Part shown: in pieces, positions 22,394-33,040 of the stretch
How positions within the stretch are numbered: the stretch's first letter is position 1
How the letters are laid out: each line of letters opens with the position of its first letter
Origin: a virus
IMG/VR virus record: IMGVR_UViG_3300042547_000432
Strand: one strand, 5' to 3'
DNA: 64,000 nt
The notes under the pieces: model-generated
The model's input: the letters and a program-made list of their open reading frames with translations, nothing else
What the model was told of the DNA's origin: nothing
The model's database searches: none
Program-made: the position numbers and the translations under genes

Positions 22394-23014
22394 TTAGGCT
22401 GATTTTTTTGCCATTGTGGTAGCAGTTCCATACATCACTTCTTTTGCTCTGTCGCCATACTTTGTCTTGAAGGAACCAAACTTCTTCTTCATACCTTTAA
22501 CAAATTTTTCTTTCTTTGCTGCTTCTGCCTTAGAAAGTTTTTTCTCGTCAAGAATTTCCACTTCTTCTTTCTTTAGTTCTTTTTCTTTCTTTGCTTTCTT
22601 ACCAGTTTCTTTTTCTGGATCATTGGGAATATCAACATCTGGCATTACTTCAATCTCAACTTTCTTTCCCTCAGCAATTTCTGCTGCCTTCTCCCACATT
22701 TCTTTTACTGATTTCTTAGCTTTCTTTGCGCGAAGAAGAGCAAAGTCATGAGCATCTACTTTACCATTCTTGTTGGCATCAATCTTTTCTTGATTGCCAG
22801 GCATATCTTTTCTTTCGGATAGTTCTTCGCCCCCATCCATTTCATACCCTGCCTTCACGCACTTATCTTTACCATTCTCAGTGCCAGCATACTTATAACC
22901 TTTCCAACAAGCTTTGCCGTCAGCACCTTGTTCCTTGCCTTCTTTGTTTTTTGCTTCATCTAATTCGGCAATTGCCCTTTCAATTAGACTTTTTGAAAAC
23001 TCATCAATTGTCAT
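22394..23014 (-). CDS. Highly charged hypothetical protein with EF-hand-like loop (possible internal head protein)
   Basis: DANKNGKVDAHD; Lys/Glu-rich. Confidence 0.65.
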   Translation of the reverse strand: MTIDEFSKSLIERAIAELDEAKNKEGKEQGADGKACWKGYKYAGTENGKDKCVKAGYEMDGGEELSERKDMPGNQEKIDANKNGKVDAHDFALLRAKKAKKSVKEMWEKAAEIAEGKKVEIEVMPDVDIPNDPEKETGKKAKKEKELKKEEVEILDEKKLSKAEAAKKEKFVKGMKKKFGSFKTKYGDRAKEVMYGTATTMAKKSA

Positions 23015-23291
23015 TGGTCTTTTGTCGTTTATTTTTATTTATAAATGACTTGACCTTATCCTTAGCACTCATCTCTTTTTCATCACATCCACAATGTTCT
23101 TTAATATCTTTCACCCAAGCGCGAAACATCTTACCTTCATTAGTAACAGCAATAACATAATTAACTCCACGGCGATGAATTCTTCCTGCTTCACCATTAG
23201 AATTTTGAACCCAATCACCCTCAGCAAATACATTACCGAGCATGTAAGATTTTTGTTTCGATTGTGCTAATAGTTCTTTAAGTGATTTCAT
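23004..23291 (-). CDS. Hypothetical SH3/KOW-like protein
   Basis: FAEGDWV..GRIHRRGVNYVI..RAWVKDI. Confidence 0.7.
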   Translation of the reverse strand: MKSLKELLAQSKQKSYMLGNVFAEGDWVQNSNGEAGRIHRRGVNYVIAVTNEGKMFRAWVKDIKEHCGCDEKEMSAKDKVKSFINKNKRQKTNDN

Positions 23292-23842
23292 TTAATTCCC
23301 AATCCTTCTCTAACTTCTGTCATTAATTTCATCATTTCTTTGTCATCTAAAGTTGTTGGAATTCCTTGACGAAATACAGCAATGTTTCCATTTGTTGCTG
23401 CCTCTCTCATTTTACTAGCTGACATTCCAGTTGCCCCATCAGCATCAGGATCTCGTTCACCAGCAGATTTTGTTTCAAGAGATCTAAATGTATACTCTGT
23501 TCCATTGTAACGCTGGATCAAAGTATCCATTTCAGACACACGATCACTACCAACCACAAGAGTAAGATCAGAATATTCACCTTGTAAACTTTGAAGAACT
23601 TTAATAATAGTCTTCAAATCTGTATCTAACATAATATGATCCTTATGTCTTGGAAACATTTTTTTCATGTAACCAACTTTCTGTTCAGAAGATAAAGGAT
23701 TCTTCTTCTTGTCTTTTGTATGACTGGTATAGATTTTATAGTCATCGGTTCCAGCAATCCTCGCCACAGCATTGATCAATTTTTCATGACCGATTGTGGG
23801 AGGATTGAAGCGACCGAAAGTAATGACTACTCTCTTAAACAT
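23288..23842 (-). CDS. Cytidylyltransferase-like nucleotidyltransferase
   Basis: TFGRFNPPTIGH (HIGH-like), VVGSDR, SASKMR. Confidence 0.9.
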   Translation of the reverse strand: MFKRVVITFGRFNPPTIGHEKLINAVARIAGTDDYKIYTSHTKDKKKNPLSSEQKVGYMKKMFPRHKDHIMLDTDLKTIIKVLQSLQGEYSDLTLVVGSDRVSEMDTLIQRYNGTEYTFRSLETKSAGERDPDADGATGMSASKMREAATNGNIAVFRQGIPTTLDDKEMMKLMTEVREGLGIK

Positions 23843-23854
23843 TTTTATTAGTAT

Positions 23855-25066
23855 TTAGTTTCCTTTCACCCAGTTCTTTTGAAGCGTGAAGTTTGCCTGA
23901 CTGAACTCAAGGCGGTCAACTAACTTGGTAGCAGAACCATCCTTGATAGCCACAAATCCTTCAGGAGCAGTAACTTTAAATCCATCATCAGTGCGAAGGA
24001 AAGTGCGAGTGCTATCAGCAGATTCCAGTTTCTTCACAAACAGATTCTTGGCATTCTGAAGAATAACATAGAGGGTGATCGTTGCCTTGAATCCAGCGAT
24101 GTTGGAATCCACGAACTCGATACCATCATAGAGTTTCTTCAGTTTAGCAGCTTTGGTTTTCTCCTGCTTCACTTTGTTAACTTCCTTCATCATCGTTTCG
24201 TGATAAGCATTCTTGAAGTCGCTGATAAATTTGTTAACATTATTGATACGTTTGCCTTCTCTTACATAGGTATTGAAGTAAGTTTTTAAACGAGTGCCAA
24301 CGCTAAAGTTATCGTTGGAATTAATTTGAGCAGATACTTCACCCAAGAAAGAACCAGCATTGCGAAGAGCAACAGGAGCAGTTCTCTTCATGTTATTAAG
24401 ATTCCTCTTCTCAGTTGCGCTAAGAATCATATTACTACCAAGAGTGTCAACCTCGGCACTAATTACAAACACATCATCAGTCTTGTTAAACTTACTGATG
24501 TCAACTCCAAAGGTAGCATTAGAAGTTGCGATGCTGGAACCAACATAACGAGTGTGAAATACTACGCCGATCTTAGCTCGCTTTGCTTTTTTGTATGCGT
24601 CAGTTCCTTTGGGGATGGCATAGGTAATCGTGTTAGGAGTAAAGGTGAGATAATCTACACCATCAATCTTCTCCTCTTTGGCATCATCAGTGAACAACAA
24701 GTCACCTTGAATGATCCCTTTGATGCCAAGTTTAGGAAAATGCTCCAATGCGACTTTTAACTTCTCAACTAACCCAGGAGAGTTGCCGTGGTTTGCTTCA
24801 ATAAAAGTATCATTATAATTAATTTTAGGTTCGGTCTTATTAAAAACAGATTTAGTTCCAACAAAAAATTTGTTGGTTTCTGGATCAATACCACAGATCA
24901 CAGCAGGAGCACCATCCCACTTGGTAGTGATTTTAAAGTTGCTGGTTTGAGTGCCACTAAAAGTTTTAGTAAGAGCATCAAGAAACGCAAACGCATCCTT
25001 AGCTCCCTCCTTACCATCAAAAAGGATGCTGTCTTCTAAGTGTTCGAGGTGAGTGTTCTTACTCAT
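23855..25066 (-). CDS. Conserved T4-like protein (DUF6267-like, ligase-type KxDG motif)
   Basis: NTHLEHLED, TTKWDGAPA, PEGFV..KLVDRLEFS. Confidence 0.75.
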   Translation of the reverse strand: MSKNTHLEHLEDSILFDGKEGAKDAFAFLDALTKTFSGTQTSNFKITTKWDGAPAVICGIDPETNKFFVGTKSVFNKTEPKINYNDTFIEANHGNSPGLVEKLKVALEHFPKLGIKGIIQGDLLFTDDAKEEKIDGVDYLTFTPNTITYAIPKGTDAYKKAKRAKIGVVFHTRYVGSSIATSNATFGVDISKFNKTDDVFVISAEVDTLGSNMILSATEKRNLNNMKRTAPVALRNAGSFLGEVSAQINSNDNFSVGTRLKTYFNTYVREGKRINNVNKFISDFKNAYHETMMKEVNKVKQEKTKAAKLKKLYDGIEFVDSNIAGFKATITLYVILQNAKNLFVKKLESADSTRTFLRTDDGFKVTAPEGFVAIKDGSATKLVDRLEFSQANFTLQKNWVKGN

Positions 25067-26364
25067 GTTACTGGATGCATTTGGTAGTTTCCTTTGCGGT
25101 CTTTCGACACGATGAATTTTGCGGCGCGACTCGCCCTCGGTTGAACCACTACTCTAGCACCTTGGATGCCATACTGTCGCCTATCACCTTTGTTAATAAG
25201 CATTAATACTGGTTCATAATCCCCCGTCATAGGAGTTGGATTCATAATTAAATGAGCAGACATTTCTAATTTATATTTACTTCCTATTTTTCTTAATGAT
25301 GGTGTTCCTTGTAAAACTCCCGTACAATTAGATATTCCGTATGTGGAAGTTCCAAAATTTTTCCCATAAACAGATTCCATTTTTAAAGCAGTATCTTCAA
25401 TTTCCATCATGGCGGTAAAACCTCTTCCACTGGATTGCTGAAAATCATACTGCATTCCAGCACCGCAAAAATTAGAAAGGTATTTCGCAAAAGCTCTAAT
25501 CTCTGGAAACTTATCTAAGGTTTCATCTGCTCCATCCTTATCATTTGCATAATGACTAACGCCACCCCATTGCTGAAAATGACTGGCACGAGATCCTTGC
25601 TTATGAGAAAACCAAGCAACATCTACAAGTTTTCTATTTTCTAAAGCAACAAAGGCAAGATCTGCTTTGACCTTTCCTTCAACTTTATTAACCCCAACAA
25701 TATTAGAAAAAGTTTTATTTCCTATTTGTAAGTCTATAGATGGAACACCAAGATTATCAAGTTCTTTATTAAAGGTGTTTATAAAATCTGCTTCTCCTTG
25801 TTCGGTTGCTGATGGGTCATTCAGTGAATATGAAGAGTCAATTGTATTCACATAAAATCCTAATTTGCCCCAATACATTCCAGGTTTACTTCCACCAGAA
25901 ACTTTTCCACCAAAACCAACATCCATTCCCATTCCATTATCTTTTAAAATTTTTCCACTATTAATAGAACTAGCAGTTGACTTTGTTGTTGTTGTATAAA
26001 AATTTACACGAAAAGGAGCTTTATCTAAATTTGGAGTATTTTTAATTGAATTTTCTATTGTTTTCAATATACCATTTTTCCCAGAATAAAAATTTTCAAA
26101 TGAAGTAAATTTTTTTGGTTGAAATTCTATAAACTCTTTACTTTGTTTCCACCTGCCATTTACTTTTTCTGGTATGCTAATGCCAACCATTTTAAAATAA
26201 ATTTCCACGCCATTATCTTCAGACAATCTATTTTTATCCAACAAAATAAATGGTCTGTCGTTTTTAATTCTGTCGTATATAACCTCAAAACACTGTTTGT
26301 ATCTTTTGGTTATTTCTCCCCAAGTTAGTCCTTTACCGCCTGCCATATAAAAATACCTCCCCAA
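25063..26364 (-). CDS. AT-rich hypothetical protein, possible nuclease
   Basis: KADLAF..SHKQG..FQQWGG. Confidence 0.6.
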   Translation of the reverse strand: MGRYFYMAGGKGLTWGEITKRYKQCFEVIYDRIKNDRPFILLDKNRLSEDNGVEIYFKMVGISIPEKVNGRWKQSKEFIEFQPKKFTSFENFYSGKNGILKTIENSIKNTPNLDKAPFRVNFYTTTTKSTASSINSGKILKDNGMGMDVGFGGKVSGGSKPGMYWGKLGFYVNTIDSSYSLNDPSATEQGEADFINTFNKELDNLGVPSIDLQIGNKTFSNIVGVNKVEGKVKADLAFVALENRKLVDVAWFSHKQGSRASHFQQWGGVSHYANDKDGADETLDKFPEIRAFAKYLSNFCGAGMQYDFQQSSGRGFTAMMEIEDTALKMESVYGKNFGTSTYGISNCTGVLQGTPSLRKIGSKYKLEMSAHLIMNPTPMTGDYEPVLMLINKGDRRQYGIQGARVVVQPRASRAAKFIVSKDRKGNYQMHPVT

Positions 26365-26384
26365 TTATTTAGGGGAGGCAAGCA

Positions 26385-26789
26385 TCAAAGGTCGTTGGCG
26401 ACTCTGTTTTCACTTCGTTCAATACTGAAGGTTCCTTCTGGATATCGAGCAGTCAGTTTCTCAAAATTCATTTGAGCAATTTCTTCAAACGAAATATTAA
26501 GAGCAATACATGCTTGAGCAACATACCACAGAATGTCACCGAGTTCACGTTTCATATGGAAGATGTTATCTTCGTTATAAGGTTTACCTTGGAAAGCAAT
26601 CTTTTTCACAATCTCAGTAAACTCCCCACCCTCAGCTGTAATACCACAAGCAGCAGTCATGAGACGCTGAATATCAGCACCTTCATCTCTAAGTTCTACA
26701 ATACGAGCAACAAACTCACTAGTATCGCGTGATGCTGGACTGGTGACGGCACCAACAAACTCAACATACTTATTAAAATCAATTGTCAT
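26385..26789 (-). CDS. mazG: MazG-like NTP pyrophosphohydrolase
   Basis: EGGEFTEIVKK..ELGDILWY. Confidence 0.92.
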   Translation of the reverse strand: MTIDFNKYVEFVGAVTSPASRDTSEFVARIVELRDEGADIQRLMTAACGITAEGGEFTEIVKKIAFQGKPYNEDNIFHMKRELGDILWYVAQACIALNISFEEIAQMNFEKLTARYPEGTFSIERSENRVANDL

Positions 26790-28168
26790 AAAATAAAACT
26801 GGTAAATTTACTTTGCGTGTTTCTACTTTGCTCTGCTGCCATTTCTTCAAAGTCATATTCTTCTTCTTTATCTGAAGAAAGGTCAACAGCATTGTCAACA
26901 TTATACAACTTCATACGTGCTCTGTCAACCCCAACAAGGAAACGCTTATACATGGTGGGATCGTTATATCGGTTCTTCAACTGCTTAACCATAATCTTAC
27001 CATCCTTCTCTAGATCCTCTGTAGCAATAAGAGCAAACATGAAGTCAGCAGTAGCGGGTAGACCAAAAGATTCAGAAGTATCAGTGAGGTCAACATCAGA
27101 GTTGCCGAATCCACTTCTAGTAGTTTGAGTAGCGGAGACAAGAGGAACGTTATGTTCAACCGCCAATCCCCTAAGTTCTTCAGCAATCGCTTTAACATAG
27201 GTGTAAGAGTTTACAATAGCTCCTTTGTATCTAGCCGAAGCACAGATGTTAAGATAATCAATAAAAATAATATCTGGTTTGAATGTCTTCTTCAGTTGTA
27301 GTTCGTTCAGCAGAGATTTGAAATGACCGACATGCGCTGATGCTGTTGGATATTCTTTGATGATAAGACGACCTTGTGTTTTACGCTTCAGTTCATTGAT
27401 GCGACTTTGAAAGATTGTCTCAGGCAAATCTACAAGGTCTTTGATGTTGACGTTGAATAGATTAGCATCAATACGTTCGGCAATCTTCTCCTCTGCCATT
27501 TCCATAGTGATGTAGAGAACGTTACGACCCATTGATAAACAATGAGCGGCAAGGTCACACATGAATAGTGACTTACCTACACCAGTGCCAGCAAGAGCTA
27601 CATTAAGAGTCTTGTTTGGCAGACCACCTTTTGTAATCTTATTGAAGTATTCGAGGTGGAAAGGAATCTTATCTTCTTCACGATGGTAGAACTCATATCG
27701 CTCTACGCTATTCTCTAAGTAATCGTGACCTACATGTTCATCGAACGATACTGCCAGGGCCTCTTGAAGGATTGCGGGAATCGCATCCTTTGATATTTTT
27801 GGATTACCTCCATCCGCGACCTTGATTGACTCAAGCAAGGCGAGGTAGATTGCTCTGTCTTTACACCACTTCTCTGTGGTGTCGAGCAACCAGTTATATT
27901 CAATTGGATCGGTAGACAACTCAGCAATTGTTTTAACTGCGTTTTGATATACTTCCTCATTTAAATCTTTTCTTGCTTCAAGGTTAATAGTTAATACTTC
28001 TTTGGTAGGCACCAATTCATATGTGCTTGCGAAGTTCCAGACTTCTTCATAGATCACACGTTCATGAATCTCATTGAAGTAATCTGGTTTTACAAAAGGA
28101 ACAACCTTCCTATAGAACTGTTCGTTACACAGGAGGTTGCGTAAAATAGTCGTTTCAATTCTCTCCAT
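26786..28168 (-). CDS. g41: Replicative helicase gp41
   Basis: [26 protein letters not shown]. Confidence 0.97.
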   Translation of the reverse strand: MERIETTILRNLLCNEQFYRKVVPFVKPDYFNEIHERVIYEEVWNFASTYELVPTKEVLTINLEARKDLNEEVYQNAVKTIAELSTDPIEYNWLLDTTEKWCKDRAIYLALLESIKVADGGNPKISKDAIPAILQEALAVSFDEHVGHDYLENSVERYEFYHREEDKIPFHLEYFNKITKGGLPNKTLNVALAGTGVGKSLFMCDLAAHCLSMGRNVLYITMEMAEEKIAERIDANLFNVNIKDLVDLPETIFQSRINELKRKTQGRLIIKEYPTASAHVGHFKSLLNELQLKKTFKPDIIFIDYLNICASARYKGAIVNSYTYVKAIAEELRGLAVEHNVPLVSATQTTRSGFGNSDVDLTDTSESFGLPATADFMFALIATEDLEKDGKIMVKQLKNRYNDPTMYKRFLVGVDRARMKLYNVDNAVDLSSDKEEEYDFEEMAAEQSRNTQSKFTSFIL

Positions 28169-29180
28169 CCACTACTCCATACAGAAACTCTTTGCGGGCA
28201 CATTCATCAAGGGCTTGCATTACTTCTGGCGTGAAATACTTCTCAGGATCGGCAAGGATAACAGAAGGATAAACGGAAGATTCCCCAACAACAACCCGAT
28301 TGCCCTTGCGTTGGAATACTCCGTATTTCTCACCCAACTCCAGTAATCCATAATATTTGTCCAATCCCCGTGCGTCATAGAAGAGCCTCGTTTCGATGTC
28401 TGAGTTTTCTTTAGTGAAGCGCGACTTCTGTGCCTTCACCTTGATAATGTTACCAACCACTTCAGTGCCATCTTTTTCTTTCTTCTTAGAGAGGAAGAGA
28501 ATAGTCGAGGCAGAATATTTCAGACCACTACCACCACCCATCTCTTTGGTTGGCACATAAGCACCGACCACTTCATATGTATGGTTGGTAACAATGAGAG
28601 GAATACCTGCCTGCCCAAGTTTGAGTGACAGAATACGGAAGATAGATTTGATTACCTGAGCACGAGTCATGTCTCTGGTTTCTTTGCCGTCCGTAGCATC
28701 CTGCACTTCCTTAGAGGTTGAGAGCATCCCCAAAGAGTCTAGCACAAAAAGCAGCGGAGGTCTATCCTCCTTCTTAAGTTTCATATACTCATCCACTACC
28801 TTGATAGACTGAGTGCGAAACTCTTGCACGGTAGTAACAGGAACCAAACCAACACGTTTCACATCAATACCACGCGAAGTCATCATATCTTTTGAGATAG
28901 CTGACTCTGTTTCAAAATAGATTACCTGAGCGTCTGGGTTGTTGAGAAAGTTCCTGCATATTGAGAGAGCAAAAAAAGTTTTGCCAGTTGAGGATTCGCC
29001 CGCGAGGGCTGTGATTTTATTCGCGGGAAGTCCACCATAAATGCTCCCAGAAATAAGAGCATTGAGAATGAAACTACCAGTATCAACAAACGATTCACAG
29101 TCACCAGCAGCGACTCCATCTTCAACAACACTTGCGAATTCATTATCTAACTCCTTAATAACAGATTGTAGGAAACTCAT
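28155..29180 (-). CDS. uvsX: UvsX RecA-like recombinase
   Basis: [23 protein letters not shown]. Confidence 0.95.
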   Translation of the reverse strand: MSFLQSVIKELDNEFASVVEDGVAAGDCESFVDTGSFILNALISGSIYGGLPANKITALAGESSTGKTFFALSICRNFLNNPDAQVIYFETESAISKDMMTSRGIDVKRVGLVPVTTVQEFRTQSIKVVDEYMKLKKEDRPPLLFVLDSLGMLSTSKEVQDATDGKETRDMTRAQVIKSIFRILSLKLGQAGIPLIVTNHTYEVVGAYVPTKEMGGGSGLKYSASTILFLSKKKEKDGTEVVGNIIKVKAQKSRFTKENSDIETRLFYDARGLDKYYGLLELGEKYGVFQRKGNRVVVGESSVYPSVILADPEKYFTPEVMQALDECARKEFLYGVVDGEN

Positions 29181-29186
29181 AATACC

Positions 29187-31679
29187 TCAAAAGAAAAAAC
29201 TAGTTAAATTGCCTTTACGTTCCGCTTGCCATCCGATACATTCTAGCACGTTCTTCAGCGGTTCAAAGAAACTCTTCTCAAATTGTAGCGTGTAGTCAAT
29301 GTATTTGTCAAGGTTCAGTTCCTTCGGCAGTTGTTGAAAGAAAGAAATGACATTCTCGCGGATAGGATTTGGTGTCTTCAGATAGATGAACTTGATCTTT
29401 TCACCTTCTTGAATAAGTGGATACTTGTGTTCCAAATTGTTTTTACGAACGTAATAGTTGTAGAGTAATGCTCCTCTTACTTGAATAGGAGTGCCTTTAG
29501 CATAAATGTCAGCAGCACTGCGATACTTCTTCAGACCATTACAACCGCGAGGGAAAGCAATGTTAAGATAGTTCTGTTTCTTGGTGTCTTCCTTGATCTC
29601 GTTAATGAAATCAAGAACATCATCGTTAGTTTTGGTTACAATGATACGATACGCCTGTTCCAGTTTGTCGCGGTAGTAAGCTGGCGTAGAAGAACGTGCT
29701 GTTTCCATACCACAGATTTTCATCTTCGGTTTGGCATAACGCACACCTTCACTATCCCATACGTTGAGAACATAGCGTTTCTTGGCGGTCCAGAAACCAC
29801 GCTCAGCAATGTTCTCGCGTTTCATCTTCATTTTCTGGTCGTATGCTTTGAGATAGTCGGCCAGTTCTTGGTAAGAACTTTCAATATATTGCTCAAGTTC
29901 CAGTGAAGCGACCTTATCAAGGAACGTAACAATGCTTTCAGGAGTTTTCTCTCGTACTCCGTATACACGTTCAACCAGAGGACCAAGGTTAAGATACATA
30001 GAGTCAGTATCAGAAGCAATAACATAATCAACATCCTGTGTCTTTAGAACTTTGTTAAGATAAGCATTCATCTTTCTCTCAATCCAGCGAATAGATAACT
30101 GACCAGAAAGAGTGATTGCCTCAGCGATTTCAAGTTTATAATAACGGAAGTGCTCGTTACCGATAGCACCATAAGCAGAGTTGAGTTGGATCTTACGTGC
30201 CATCTGAATGTTATTACAGCGGGCAATCTCTTTCTTCAACTCAATCGTTGGAGTCTTTTCGTATTGCTGTTTGGCAGCAAGCATCTTCTTTTTGTAGATG
30301 GTTCGGTCTTCGTAGATCTTCTCCATCAGCTTGGGCAGGAACCCCTGAAACTTGGTGGTGTAGTGCGTCCCATTGGCGCACAGGGTCTCCCCTACGAGGT
30401 CGCTGGTATCAAATGCCTTATCCAGCAGCATATCCACGTTGACGCTGCTGCGGCGCGGCAGGAGGGTCTCTGGGGACAGGTTATACTGCATGATCAAGTG
30501 AGGATACAGTGAATTTAAGTCGAAGTTCACAATCCAATCATACATACCAGGCACAGGTTCCTTCACATAAGCACCAGCATACTTAGCATCCTTGACACTA
30601 TCTTTCTTGGGAGGAATCACAACGCCCATCTTCGCCAGATAGATGAAGATGATGTTATCCCACATACGCACCTGAGAATAAACATCTTCGTAGTTTACTT
30701 TGGCGTCGTATGCCATAGTAAATGCCAATTCAAGCAACTTCATCTTGTCTTCCAGATGATCAACAAGGCGAACGTCGTGGATGTTATACAGCACGAACTT
30801 ATTCCAGTCCTTAGTGTAAAACTCTTTGAAAGTATCAAACTCAGAGTGGTCAAGTTTCTTGGCATCCAGTTCCACAGATGCGATATGGTCTAGGCGATAT
30901 GATTCTTGGTTGGTGTACGTAAACTTCTTATAAAGTTCAAGGTAATCCAACGTGGCGATGCCAGGAATATCATACGCAATCTGTTTGCGACCCTTGATGA
31001 AAATCTCACGCGATGAGATTAGTTTCCAAGGCGATAGAAGTTTGGTGTGATCTTCACCCAGCACTCTATCCATACGTCGGCAGATGTATGGCATATCGAA
31101 TAGCTGAACGTTCCAACCAGTGATTACGTCGGGGGTATTCTCCTGCCACCATCTGAGGAAGCACGAAAGGAGTTTCGTCTCATCGTTACAATGGATGTAA
31201 TCAACCTGTCTGTCTTCATTCTGGAAACTCTTGCTTCCCCAGACAGTGATACGATTTGTAAAAGAATCACGGATAGAAATGAGTAGAATCTCTTGGTCTG
31301 CCGATTCAATATCAGGGAAACCGTTTTCTGCTCCAGTTTCAATATCCAAAGTAAATGTGCGAATGAGGGAAGAGTCGAAACGAATCTCATCATCGGGATA
31401 TGCTTCGTTTATGTACTGATACAAGTATCTAGTATTTCCGTGAATTTCAAATCCCTCAACACCTTCATACTGATTGATAAATTGCCTACAATCATTAATA
31501 GAGCCTGGAGAGACTTCCTTGAGGAAGCGCCCATCCAGACTCTTATGATCTGTTTGCTTATTGCTAAGCACATACAGTTTGGGATTGTAGTTTACACGAT
31601 ACTGAACACGCTCACCATTTTCATAACCACGAACGAGGATACGATTCCCCGCCTGTTCAATGTTCGTATAAAACTTCAT
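29187..31679 (-). CDS. g43: DNA polymerase gp43 (family B)
   Basis: DIET exonuclease, DLNSLYP, KIQLNSAYG, DTDS. Confidence 0.98.
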   Translation of the reverse strand: MKFYTNIEQAGNRILVRGYENGERVQYRVNYNPKLYVLSNKQTDHKSLDGRFLKEVSPGSINDCRQFINQYEGVEGFEIHGNTRYLYQYINEAYPDDEIRFDSSLIRTFTLDIETGAENGFPDIESADQEILLISIRDSFTNRITVWGSKSFQNEDRQVDYIHCNDETKLLSCFLRWWQENTPDVITGWNVQLFDMPYICRRMDRVLGEDHTKLLSPWKLISSREIFIKGRKQIAYDIPGIATLDYLELYKKFTYTNQESYRLDHIASVELDAKKLDHSEFDTFKEFYTKDWNKFVLYNIHDVRLVDHLEDKMKLLELAFTMAYDAKVNYEDVYSQVRMWDNIIFIYLAKMGVVIPPKKDSVKDAKYAGAYVKEPVPGMYDWIVNFDLNSLYPHLIMQYNLSPETLLPRRSSVNVDMLLDKAFDTSDLVGETLCANGTHYTTKFQGFLPKLMEKIYEDRTIYKKKMLAAKQQYEKTPTIELKKEIARCNNIQMARKIQLNSAYGAIGNEHFRYYKLEIAEAITLSGQLSIRWIERKMNAYLNKVLKTQDVDYVIASDTDSMYLNLGPLVERVYGVREKTPESIVTFLDKVASLELEQYIESSYQELADYLKAYDQKMKMKRENIAERGFWTAKKRYVLNVWDSEGVRYAKPKMKICGMETARSSTPAYYRDKLEQAYRIIVTKTNDDVLDFINEIKEDTKKQNYLNIAFPRGCNGLKKYRSAADIYAKGTPIQVRGALLYNYYVRKNNLEHKYPLIQEGEKIKFIYLKTPNPIRENVISFFQQLPKELNLDKYIDYTLQFEKSFFEPLKNVLECIGWQAERKGNLTSFFF

Positions 31680-31685
31680 GCGTCG

Positions 31686-32075
31686 TCAACCCAGGGTCTT
31701 CTGGTAGTATTCTAACACAGAATACGATGGATCGCAAATGGTGAGGATGTCATCTGCTCGCATGTAGATTTGTGTTTGATTTGTATACTTGGGAAATTTC
31801 TCCAAAAGAATATAATCAGACTGAGTAACTGTTATTTCATTACCCTCCCTATCAATTTCTTTATCCGTGCTTTCACTAATAAAGAGAGCATCAGGATTAC
31901 GAACGCTTTTATAATCTACGTTGGAATGATCCCAATAAGTTAAATCAAGAATCCGATACGGATTCGTCAGAAGACACTCTGGACTTTCTTCCCTTTCTTC
32001 TATCTCCGCTATTAGATAATCCCGATCCTTCAGAACTATCACTTGAATCACTGGTTGGTACGGTGTTGTTGTCAT
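31686..32075 (-). CDS. Hypothetical protein (Sm-like fold suspected)
   Basis: ORF track. Confidence 0.7.
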   Translation of the reverse strand: MTTTPYQPVIQVIVLKDRDYLIAEIEEREESPECLLTNPYRILDLTYWDHSNVDYKSVRNPDALFISESTDKEIDREGNEITVTQSDYILLEKFPKYTNQTQIYMRADDILTICDPSYSVLEYYQKTLG

Positions 32076-32379
32076 TTAATTTATCTCCAAATTTTTTCAT
32101 GTATACATCAAGAATTCCATCTTCTGGTTCACCCAAAGCAACTACCGAAGTATATGGAATACGAAATTCTTCTGATTTAGAATACGCAAACCACTTGGTA
32201 AAGTTAATAGAAAATTGAGATGGATTGCCATCTGTATTATAGTCTCCTGTTGGTGCCATATCTAGAATATACGGACACTTAAGAAGTAAACAAATACCCT
32301 GACCATTTTCATCAGTTACTTCAGAAACTCCAGAGATTATTCTTTCTCCAGAATTTAAAATCATAACTCTCGGAATCAT
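31945..32379 (-). CDS. Hypothetical protein (Sm-like fold suspected)
   Basis: ORF track; promoter TTGCCC-17-TATAAT at 32403-32431. Confidence 0.7.
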   Translation of the reverse strand: MIPRVMILNSGERIISGVSEVTDENGQGICLLLKCPYILDMAPTGDYNTDGNPSQFSINFTKWFAYSKSEEFRIPYTSVVALGEPEDGILDVYMKKFGDKLNDNNTVPTSDSSDSSEGSGLSNSGDRRKGRKSRVSSDESVSDS

Positions 32380-32425
32380 ATAATTCTCCTAATGATAATT
32401 TGATTATAGCACAAAAAAGAAAATA

Positions 32426-32455
32426 GGGCAAGACTGATAGTTGCCAGTCTCGCCC
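32426..32455 (-). terminator. Terminator after hsp20; its 3' arm doubles as the -35 of the next promoter
   Basis: GGGCGAGACTG/CAGTCTTGCCC stem, then T-rich tail. Confidence 0.75.
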
Positions 32456-32491
32456 ATCGTGCCGACGATATTTGGGTTGCCCCGCGTCTAT

Positions 32492-32935
32492 TTATCCTTC
32501 CGTAAGTAGTTGCTTACTACCAGATCCAATTTTATACATCGTGCGCTTTTGATGCTCTGGGATAATTTTTTCCAATGAGATTGTTAGTAATCCATCAGCA
32601 AAATCTACAGAGGATACTCTGACATCTTCTGATAGTTGCCAGGAGTGATTGAAGGAACGTTTGGAGAGACCTTTGTGGAGGTATGTTCTTTCAGTATCTC
32701 GTTTCTCAGACTTAGAGGCAACTCTGAGAATGCTTTGTTCTGTAGAGACTTCAATCTCTTCTGGTTTAAATCCAGCAAGAGCGACTTCAATCTCATAGTT
32801 AGAGCTATCATTTTTGATGATGTTGTAAGGTGGATAGTTAGTATTGTGCCCAGACATGGCATCCAGTCTGTTGAAAATGCTTTCTAATCCAACTCCAAAT
32901 GGGGAATAGACATCCCAAGTATATGCGTTTGTCAT
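32492..32935 (-). CDS. hsp20: Small heat-shock protein
   Basis: YPPYNI, IEVALAGF, YLHKGLSKRSF, DGLLTI. Confidence 0.95.
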   Translation of the reverse strand: MTNAYTWDVYSPFGVGLESIFNRLDAMSGHNTNYPPYNIIKNDSSNYEIEVALAGFKPEEIEVSTEQSILRVASKSEKRDTERTYLHKGLSKRSFNHSWQLSEDVRVSSVDFADGLLTISLEKIIPEHQKRTMYKIGSGSKQLLTEG

Positions 32936-33016
32936 TTTAGTTCTCCTTAATAAGCGAGAGTTTGTTTAAGACCCCGAAGGCGTCTTCATTATTATATATC
33001 AGAAAGCAATAAAAAA

Positions 33017-33033
33017 GGGAGTGTGGAACTCCC
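33017..33033 (-). terminator. Terminator after regA
   Basis: GGGAGT-TCCAC-ACTCCC-T6. Confidence 0.8.
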
Positions 33034-33040
33034 TACAAAA

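Noticed and set aside
23004-23842. Frameshift joining the cytidylyltransferase to the downstream SH3-like ORF
   Set aside because: Simple ATGA coupling; no slippery heptamer or stimulatory stem.
14970-31679. Inteins or group I introns in nrdA, nrdB, g41, uvsX, g43 (also checked g17, g20, g23)
   Set aside because: All ORFs are continuous, of ordinary length, and lack intein or LAGLIDADG motifs.
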